Shown one piece after another: positions 40,893 through 47,405 of a stretch of DNA of 47,405 nt. The notes beneath the pieces were generated by a model, which saw nothing but the letters and a program-made list of their open reading frames with translations, was not told the origin of the DNA and did no database searches. Location of the stretch: NCBI GenBank assembly GCA_027295705.1, contig JAPUKJ010000115.1, positions 1 to 47,405 on the forward strand, given 5' to 3'. Numbering within the stretch: position 1 is the first letter of the stretch; every line of letters starts with the position of its first letter. The position numbers were made by a program, and so were the translations under genes. Source of the DNA: Ignavibacteria bacterium (GTDB lineage: Bacteria > Bacteroidota > Ignavibacteria > UBA10030 > UBA6906).

Positions 40893-41291
40893 GTGGCAAA
40901 GACCACCTCTCAAAGCAAGCCCGCAAAGAAGAAGAAAATTCAGGTTGACGTCAGTGGAAAAGTATACGTTAAAGCCACGTTTAACAATGTGATTGTGACC
41001 ATTACTGACATTTACGGAAACACAATTAGTTGGTCTTCTGCCGGAAGAAACGGCTTCAGGGGCTCTCGGAAGAACACGCCATTTGCTGCGCAGGTTTCTG
41101 CGGAGGCGGCTGCAAAGGTAGCTCACGACCTTGGACTGAGAAAGGTAGACGTGTTGGTCAAAGGCCCAGGGTCGGGGCGTGAAGCGGCAATCAGAGCGCT
41201 GCAGGTGGTAGGACTGGAGATAACTAGTATTAGGGACATCACACCGATTCCTCACAACGGATGTCGGCCTCCGAAGAGAAGAAGAGTATGA
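40893..41291 (+). CDS. rpsK: 30S ribosomal protein S11
   Basis: 132 aa with a GTG start 6 nt after GGAGG. It contains [14 protein letters not shown] and [12 protein letters not shown]. Confidence 0.96.
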   Translation: MAKTTSQSKPAKKKKIQVDVSGKVYVKATFNNVIVTITDIYGNTISWSSAGRNGFRGSRKNTPFAAQVSAEAAAKVAHDLGLRKVDVLVKGPGSGREAAIRALQVVGLEITSIRDITPIPHNGCRPPKRRRV

Positions 41292-41330
41292 TCGAACGGA
41301 GAATAAAGAGCAAGTTCAGGAAAACAATTC

Positions 41331-41960
41331 ATGGCGAGATATACTGATCCAAGTTGTAGGTTGTGCCGGAGAGCGCGACAGAAGTTGTTCTTGAAAGGGA
41401 CGAAGTGTTTTACAGAGAAGTGCCCCGTCGAGAGGCGAGGATATCCACCGGGTCAACATGGCCAGTCGCGACGCACGAAAATCTCGGAATACGGCATCCA
41501 GCTTCGTGAAAAACAGAAAGTCCGTCACATGTATGGGTTGATGGAAACTCAATTCAAAAACTATTTCCAGAAAGCGTTAAGGCAGACTGGCCGCACGGGG
41601 GAAACGCTCGTGAAGCTTCTCGAATGTCGTCTTGATAACGTCGTCTACAGGATGGGGTTTGCGCCTTCGCGCAAAGCGGCACGGCAGTTTGTATGCCATG
41701 GCCATTTTCGGGTAAACAACAAGCCGGTTGACATACCATCGTACCTTTTGAAGGCTGGAGATATTGTTCAGGTTCGGGAAAAGAGTAAGAAGCTCGATGT
41801 TATCCACGCTTCGATGAAAAGGATGAAGGACACATCGATGCTACCATGGTTGAGTCTCGACAAGGCTGCGATGTATGGAACGTTTCTCAATGTTCCTGAA
41901 CGACAAGATATACCACTCAACGCCGACGAACAACTGATCGTTGAGTTGTACTCTAAATAG
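41331..41960 (+). CDS. rpsD: 30S ribosomal protein S4
   Basis: 209 aa starting MARYTDPSCRLCRR, with an S4 RNA-binding domain. Confidence 0.97.
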   Translation: MARYTDPSCRLCRRARQKLFLKGTKCFTEKCPVERRGYPPGQHGQSRRTKISEYGIQLREKQKVRHMYGLMETQFKNYFQKALRQTGRTGETLVKLLECRLDNVVYRMGFAPSRKAARQFVCHGHFRVNNKPVDIPSYLLKAGDIVQVREKSKKLDVIHASMKRMKDTSMLPWLSLDKAAMYGTFLNVPERQDIPLNADEQLIVELYSK

Positions 41961-42011
41961 CCAAAAAAATCTGAACCACCATTTTCTGCACGTGAAGAGG
42001 GTAAAGCCATT

Positions 42012-43001
42012 ATGACCACCGGAACAATCCAAATGCCGGAGAAGATTCAGCTTGATGAATCTTCATACTCCAATTCATTCGGTCGATTCATTGTCCAGCC
42101 TTTGGAAAAAGGCTACGGGGCAACAGTCGGGAACGCAATGCGGCGGGTTTTATTGTCATCGCTGCCTGGCACTGCAATTACAGCCTTGAAAATAGATGGG
42201 GTCCATCACGAATTCTCAACCATCCCTGGGGCCGTCGAGGATTTACCAGAAATAATTTTGAATCTAAAGCAAGTCCGGATGAAGTTGGTGAACAAGAAGA
42301 CGAACCGAGTACTTATACCTTTGAAGGGCCCGATGGAATTTACTGCGGGTGAAATCCAAAAGGCTTCCCCGGATATTGAGATTCTTAACCCGTCACTCCA
42401 TATTGCAGATTTGAATGCGGAAGCGAATTTTGAAATTGATCTCCGCATCGGGAAAGGGATCGGATATGTTGTCGCGGAGGAAAACAAAACTCCAGATCAG
42501 ACTGTGGGCGTCATTCCGATCGATTCGGTCTTTACACCGATCAAGAATGTGCGCTACTTCGTCGAGACGACGCGTGTTGGCCAGCAGACGGACTACGAAA
42601 AGCTAACAGTCGAGATCGAAACAGATGGCTCTATTACACCGGACGACGCATTGGCATATGCTGGAAAGGTTTTACGAGAGCACATTCAGCTTTTCATAAA
42701 TTTCGACATGGAGCCGGAAGCAGAGAAGCAAGAGTCTGAACAGGATGCTGAGTTTACAAGAATCAAAAAGGTGCTGCAGACTCCTGTTGATGATTTAGAG
42801 CTGTCCGTTCGTTCGCACAATTGTCTGCGTGCAGCGAATATCAAGACCATTGCCGATTTGGTGCGGCGTGACGAGACTGAATTGTTGAAGTTTCGGAACT
42901 TTGGCCGAAAGTCCCTTGCAGAACTTTTCGAGATCATCGAAGCGGAGAAGCTGTCATTCGGTATGGACGTCAGCAAGTTTCTTAAAGATGGCAATGAGTG
43001 A
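42012..43001 (+). CDS. rpoA: DNA-directed RNA polymerase subunit alpha
   Basis: 329 aa. GYGATVGNAMRRVLLSSLPG is in the N-terminal domain and LELSVRSHNCLRAANIKTIADL is in the C-terminal domain. Confidence 0.97.
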   Translation: MTTGTIQMPEKIQLDESSYSNSFGRFIVQPLEKGYGATVGNAMRRVLLSSLPGTAITALKIDGVHHEFSTIPGAVEDLPEIILNLKQVRMKLVNKKTNRVLIPLKGPMEFTAGEIQKASPDIEILNPSLHIADLNAEANFEIDLRIGKGIGYVVAEENKTPDQTVGVIPIDSVFTPIKNVRYFVETTRVGQQTDYEKLTVEIETDGSITPDDALAYAGKVLREHIQLFINFDMEPEAEKQESEQDAEFTRIKKVLQTPVDDLELSVRSHNCLRAANIKTIADLVRRDETELLKFRNFGRKSLAELFEIIEAEKLSFGMDVSKFLKDGNE

Positions 43002-43046
43002 CTAAGCTGCCGCACCCAGTTTAGAAGATTCTATGGATTAGTAATC

Positions 43047-43643
43047 ATGCGCCACCGCAAATTCGGTCGAAAACTCAAACGTACTGCGAGCCACCGCCGG
43101 GCAACGTTAGCCGCCTTAGCAACGTCACTGCTCCGTCACAAGCGTATTACAACAACTGTTGCGAAGGCGAAAGAAACGCGGATAGTCGTTGAAAAGCTTA
43201 TTACTAGGGCAAAGAATTCCGTTGCACTGCACAGCGAAAACGGCGAAGAGGTATCTGCCCGTCAGGCGAAGTTTAATAAGGCAGGCGGGCATGCTCGTCG
43301 CGAGGTGTACAAATTCATCAAGGACCGTGCGGTCCTCAACGAATTGTTCTCTACAGTTGCACCTAAGGTGGCAGGACGTCCGGGAGGGTACACTCGGGTC
43401 GTCAAGCTTGGGCAGCGTCAGAGTGATGGCGCAGAACTCGCAGTTATAGAGTTGGTAGATTTCAACACTGGACAGGAGATAGCAGCAAAGTCTTCTTCCG
43501 CGACAAAGGAAAAGAAATCCAGACAACCGAGGAGGGGAAAGAAACAGGCCGGAACAGAAAAAGCTCATGAAGCTGAAGGAGCTCAAGCCTCTCAAGAAAA
43601 AAAGAAATCAACTCAAGAACCTGGCGCGAAAGAGTCCCCTTGA
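43047..43643 (+). CDS. rplQ: 50S ribosomal protein L17 (with a C-terminal tail of about 60 aa)
   Basis: 198 aa. The core runs from MRHRKFGRKLKRTASHRRA to GGYTRVVKLGQRQSDGAELAVIELVD, followed by a Lys/Glu/Ala/Ser-rich tail. Confidence 0.95.
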   Translation: MRHRKFGRKLKRTASHRRATLAALATSLLRHKRITTTVAKAKETRIVVEKLITRAKNSVALHSENGEEVSARQAKFNKAGGHARREVYKFIKDRAVLNELFSTVAPKVAGRPGGYTRVVKLGQRQSDGAELAVIELVDFNTGQEIAAKSSSATKEKKSRQPRRGKKQAGTEKAHEAEGAQASQEKKKSTQEPGAKESP

Positions 43644-43716
43644 GCCTAGGCTTATTCGTTACCATTTTCTCCTCGGCAAAAACCCATCGATTAGAAAAAG
43701 CAATTCATTCACGGGA

Positions 43717-44301
43717 ATGAAGATTACATCTGCAGAGTTTCAACTTGGTATTCCAAACCTCAGGCAGCTCCCAAGGGACGACTTGAAGGAAATTGCATTT
43801 CTTGGCAGGTCCAACGTTGGAAAATCATCCATTATCAACAAGCTATGTAGCCGAAAAAAACTAGCCCGACAGAGCAATGATCCTGGCAAGACTCGTGAAC
43901 TCAACTTCTACCTAATTAATAAACGAATTTGTTTTGTTGATCTCCCCGGATATGGGTATGCAAAAGCTCCAGAGCAGATTCGTTCTAGTTGGGGCAAACT
44001 AATTGAGCAATACCTCAAAGGTCGGCGTCAACTTGCTCTAGTGATTCAGTTGGTGGACTCACGCCATGAACCAACCCCCCTTGATATGATGATGGTAGGA
44101 TGGCTGGATTACTACAAGATCCCCTTTGTTGTTGTTCTCACCAAAGCCGACAAGCTGCCAAGGAGCAAGATGCCAAATTATCTAAAAACTGCGAGATCAG
44201 TCTTTTCGCCCTACAAGTATTGCAAAGATGTCGTTCCTTTTTCTTCAATCACAGGTGAAGGCAAGTCGACTGTTCTGCATATCATCTCTCAATTCGTGTA
44301 G
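43717..44301 (+). CDS. engB: Ribosome-biogenesis GTPase EngB/YsxC/YihA
   Basis: 194 aa from the Met giving MKITSAEF. It has G1 GRSNVGKSS, G3 DLPGYGYA and G4 TKADK. The track ORF start at 43567 overlaps rplQ. Confidence 0.9.
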   Translation: MKITSAEFQLGIPNLRQLPRDDLKEIAFLGRSNVGKSSIINKLCSRKKLARQSNDPGKTRELNFYLINKRICFVDLPGYGYAKAPEQIRSSWGKLIEQYLKGRRQLALVIQLVDSRHEPTPLDMMMVGWLDYYKIPFVVVLTKADKLPRSKMPNYLKTARSVFSPYKYCKDVVPFSSITGEGKSTVLHIISQFV

Positions 44302-44367
44302 AACCCCAGCCATGCAATCCCGCGTATGTCCCGCCGAGCCAAAGGTGAATGTGCGGATCAGAAATCT

Positions 44368-45528
44368 ATGAAGAAACGTCTGTTCACTCCAGGTCCAACT
44401 CCAATTCCGGAACGTGTCATGCTCAGGATGGCTGAGCCGATTATCCATCATCGCAGCCCTGAGTTCGGCGAGATTATGAAGCGTGTCGGTCGCAATCTTA
44501 AATATGTGTTTCAAACTGAGCATCCAGTGCTGACACTTACCTGCTCGGGGACAGGGGCCATGGAGGCAACCTTTGTCAGCCTGTTTTCACCAGGCGATAC
44601 GATCATAGCAGTAAACGGAGGGAAGTTCGGTGAGCGATGGGTGAAAATGCCGCGGTCACTTGGCTTGAATGTCGCTGAGATAAAAGTCCCATGGGGGAAG
44701 GCCGTTCAGCGAGAACAGATTCTCGATGCCATCCAAAACAACCCGAAGGTAAAAGCGGTCTATCTCATCCACAGTGAAACATCCACAGGCACTGCTACGG
44801 ACGTGAAAGAGATCGCACGAGTCATCCGGGAAAAATCCCCGGCGCTCGTCTGTGTCGATGGGATTACAGCCATAGGTGCACATGAGCTACGATTCGATGA
44901 GTGGGGTATCGACGTTTGTGTTGCGGGGTCGCAAAAAGGGCTGATGATCCCTCCGGGACTTTCCTTCGTTGCACTCAGCCGCCGGGCGGTCGCTGCCATG
45001 GAATCCTCTACACTTCCTAAATTTTATTTCGATCTTCGGAAGGCGCTCGCATCATTCGAAAAACATGATACTCCCTGGACGCCGGCAGTGTCATTGATTA
45101 TCGGTTTGGACGCTGCGCTCGAAATGATCACAGCTGAAGGGATTGAAAACGTCTGGGCTCGCCACAGACGACTATCAGGGGCGCTGCGGTCAGGAATAGA
45201 CGCGATTGGACTCAAGCTCTTTTCAGAATCTCCATCGTTCGCCGTAACGCCTGTTTGGGTACCACAAGGTGTTGAGTGGAAGGCATTAAACAAGGCTCTC
45301 AAGATAGACAACGGTATTACAATTGCCGGTGGACAAGAGGATTATGCCGGCAAGATCTTTCGCATTTCCCATCTTGGTTATTACGATGACCTTGATATGA
45401 TTGCCGTCGTTGGTGCATTGGAAAGAGCGTTAGTTGCCCAGAAATATCCCTTCGAAATCGGTGCGGGATTGTCAGCAGCACAGAATGCATTGCTCGTTGG
45501 GGAGCCAAGCACGATAGACCAAGTATGA
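44368..45528 (+). CDS. Class-V (AGXT/SPT-type) pyridoxal-phosphate aminotransferase; candidate phosphoserine aminotransferase
   Basis: Starts at MKKRLFTPGPTPIPERV. It contains GSQKGL (PLP-Lys context) and the typical class-V layout. It lies directly upstream of serA. Confidence 0.8.
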   Translation: MKKRLFTPGPTPIPERVMLRMAEPIIHHRSPEFGEIMKRVGRNLKYVFQTEHPVLTLTCSGTGAMEATFVSLFSPGDTIIAVNGGKFGERWVKMPRSLGLNVAEIKVPWGKAVQREQILDAIQNNPKVKAVYLIHSETSTGTATDVKEIARVIREKSPALVCVDGITAIGAHELRFDEWGIDVCVAGSQKGLMIPPGLSFVALSRRAVAAMESSTLPKFYFDLRKALASFEKHDTPWTPAVSLIIGLDAALEMITAEGIENVWARHRRLSGALRSGIDAIGLKLFSESPSFAVTPVWVPQGVEWKALNKALKIDNGITIAGGQEDYAGKIFRISHLGYYDDLDMIAVVGALERALVAQKYPFEIGAGLSAAQNALLVGEPSTIDQV

Positions 45529-45574
45529 TGGTCTCGTCTGGACATGCCAATGGCACAGCCAGGCCTAAGTTCGC

Positions 45575-47155
45575 ATGAAAATACTGGTGAGTGACAATTT
45601 AGAGCAGAGTTGTATCGACATTCTCAATGGGGAAGGGTTTGACGTTGATAGCAAGCCTGGCATCTCTGCGGATGACTTGAAGAAAATCATTGGTGTGTAT
45701 GACGGACTTGTAGTTCGTAGCGCCACGAAGGTTAGTTCAGATGTCATTGCCTCGGCTACGAACTTGAAGGTAATTGGCAGAGCAGGAACCGGGGTTGATA
45801 ACATAGAGGTAGATGCTGCAACGCGGCGCGGTATTCTTGTAATGAATACCCCAGGCGGTAATACTATTTCTGCTGCGGAGCATACATTGTCCATGTTGCT
45901 CTCCCTTGCTCGAAATATTCCGCAAGCTCACAGAAGCCTAACTGAAGGGCGGTGGGAACGGAAAAAGTTCATCGGCACGGAAGTCTTGGAGAAAACTATT
46001 GGCATTATCGGTTTGGGCAAAATCGGCCGAGAAGTGGCTCTCCGGTGCCAGGCGTTGAGGATGAAAACTATTGGATATGATCCTCTCTTGGGGAGAGATG
46101 TCGCACTGAAGTTCAAAATAGAACTCGTGAGCCTCGACGAGGTCTACCGACGGTCAGACTTCATCTCCGTGCACACACCCCTGACGAATGAGACAAGGGG
46201 GATTCTGAATGATAAGACGCTTGCCAAGTGTAAGAAAGGGGTTCGCATAATTAATTGTGCTCGTGGTGGTATCGTCGATGAGCAGGCGCTGCTCCGAGGT
46301 CTCAATTCAGGACACGTTGCCGGTGCAGCTCTTGATGTGTTTGAAAAGGAGCCGCCTACCGACAACCCTCTCTTGGCACATGAAAGGGTCATAGCTACTC
46401 CTCATCTAGGGGCCTCAACGGAGGAGGCTCAGGAGAAAGTTGCGATTCAAATCGCTCACCAACTTGCGGACGCCCTTCATGCTCGCGGATACGCCGGTGT
46501 GGTTAACGGCGCTGCTCTGCAATTGACTATGAAAGAAGAGGTGAGGCCGTTTCTTTCCCTGGCGGAGAAAATGGGAAGTCTCGTTGCCCAGATGGCCACC
46601 GGCAAACTAAAGAAGATAATTATTGGCGCCTCGGGTGAACTGGTCTGCTCCTCACTAGAATTATTGAAGGCGGGAATTCTCAAAGGTATTCTTTCGCACG
46701 CCCTACCCGATCCGGTGAATTTTGTCAATGCACCGATGCTAGCCAAAGAAATGGGCCTTGCAATCACTGAGCAACGTGATGTGGATGGTGAGACCTTTAC
46801 AAATCTATTGCGCCTTCGATACGAGACAGATCGCGCCGCAAAGGAAGTAGCCGGAACAGTCTTCGGGCCGTCGACGATCCGTCTTGTAATGATGGATGGG
46901 TTTAGGTTCGAACTAAATCCGGAAGGATATCTCCTTATCTATACAAATGTTGATAAGCCTGGCATGTTGGCCCGTGTCGGATCGATACTAGCTGCACACA
47001 ACGTCAACATCGCCGGGGTATCGTTGGGACGATCTGCCTTGGGAGCCAATGCCCTTACTCTAATGAATATCGATAGTGATGTTCCCTCAAAGGCGATGCA
47101 GGAATTGGTGCAAGTTGCTGGGGTGTCAGACGTTATCGTTGTCAGGCTTAGCTGA
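45575..47155 (+). CDS. serA: D-3-phosphoglycerate dehydrogenase (long form with ASB and ACT domains)
   Basis: 526 aa with the NAD motif GIIGLGKIGREVA and the catalytic region CARGGIVDE...TPHLGAST. The C-terminal ACT-like segment is YTNVDKPGMLARVGSILAAHNVNIAG. Confidence 0.93.
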   Translation: MKILVSDNLEQSCIDILNGEGFDVDSKPGISADDLKKIIGVYDGLVVRSATKVSSDVIASATNLKVIGRAGTGVDNIEVDAATRRGILVMNTPGGNTISAAEHTLSMLLSLARNIPQAHRSLTEGRWERKKFIGTEVLEKTIGIIGLGKIGREVALRCQALRMKTIGYDPLLGRDVALKFKIELVSLDEVYRRSDFISVHTPLTNETRGILNDKTLAKCKKGVRIINCARGGIVDEQALLRGLNSGHVAGAALDVFEKEPPTDNPLLAHERVIATPHLGASTEEAQEKVAIQIAHQLADALHARGYAGVVNGAALQLTMKEEVRPFLSLAEKMGSLVAQMATGKLKKIIIGASGELVCSSLELLKAGILKGILSHALPDPVNFVNAPMLAKEMGLAITEQRDVDGETFTNLLRLRYETDRAAKEVAGTVFGPSTIRLVMMDGFRFELNPEGYLLIYTNVDKPGMLARVGSILAAHNVNIAGVSLGRSALGANALTLMNIDSDVPSKAMQELVQVAGVSDVIVVRLS

Positions 47156-47199
47156 TCAAGGAATCGGCCTGTAAGACTGTGACTTTTTTCTCGCAACAC

Positions 47200-47228
47200 T
47201 TGACAAATTGCACCTTGGTGGTTATATT
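47200..47228 (+). promoter_or_regulatory. Sigma-70-like promoter candidate downstream of serA
   Basis: TTGACA (47200-47205), a 17-nt spacer, then TATATT (47223-47228). Confidence 0.45.
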
Positions 47229-47341
47229 CTTCTGGTAAAATTATAGAGCACTCTTCTTGCTAAGAGAAAAAGGAGGTGAAGGTACGCGGGGGTCATTGAT
47301 ACAACATTCCAAAACACCATACCAAATCATCTAAGCTGATA

Positions 47342-47364
47342 AGTCGAATGTGATTCGGCTTTTT
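47342..47364 (+). terminator. Rho-independent terminator candidate
   Basis: An 8-bp stem agtcgaat/attcggct (one G-U pair), a 3-nt loop gtg, then TTTT. The T-run follows the hairpin only on the plus strand. Confidence 0.4.
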
Positions 47365-47405
47365 CAGGTTTTCAAATCGCGATCGCAGCCCGTTTAATTA
47401 TTTAC

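Noticed and set aside
43567-43716. 50-codon N-terminal extension of the engB ORF overlapping the end of rplQ
   Set aside because: The extension is a Lys-rich read-through of the L17 tail in another frame. EngB homology starts at MKITSAEF (43717).
47296-47334. 12-codon TTG-initiated mini-ORF after the strong SD downstream of serA
   Set aside because: The start lies 19 nt from the SD, it uses a non-ATG codon, and the peptide has no recognisable features. It is kept only as one possible interpretation within the orphan-unit finding.

Overview
A 47.4-kb, almost fully coding bacterial chromosomal window. Canonical TTGACA-N16/17-TATAAT-like promoters and strong GGAGG ribosome-binding sites are visible. 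DUF1573, BNR and DUF2723 proteins hint at an FCB-group/Ignavibacteria-like organism, but I cannot place the lineage from sequence alone. LEFT ARM (1-11.4 kb, mostly minus strand): a partial DUF1573 secreted protein; an acyl-CoA module (canonical hbd plus a catalytically degenerate hbd paralogue, a PaaG-like isomerase, a crotonase and a MenB/BadI-like crotonase-superfamily enzyme) interrupted by a 12-Asp-box BNR lipoprotein; a small GIY-YIG gene embedded in a local repeat family; an EthD-like protein; an M20 amidohydrolase; and a DUF2723 membrane protein. RIGHT ARM (11.4-43.6 kb, all plus strand): one uninterrupted transcription/translation supercluster. Its order is tRNA-Thr/Tyr/Gly/Thr, rpmG, tRNA-Trp, secE, nusG, rplKAJL, rpoBC, rpsLG, fusA, tuf, then the S10, spc and alpha operons through rplQ. 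It is followed by engB, a class-V aminotransferase and serA. The most unusual observation is a well-formed tRNA-Gln(UUG) gene inside the spc operon between rplR and rpsE, which naive ORF calling hides under a false S5 N-terminal extension. Other points worth a second look: the degenerate 3-hydroxyacyl-CoA dehydrogenase paralogue, the repeat-bracketed GIY-YIG unit, Lys/Glu-rich extensions on L5, L22 and L17, and an orphan promoter/SD/terminator unit after serA. No CRISPR array, integrase, transposase or obvious defence/toxin system was seen. All family assignments come from motif recognition by eye, with no database search.
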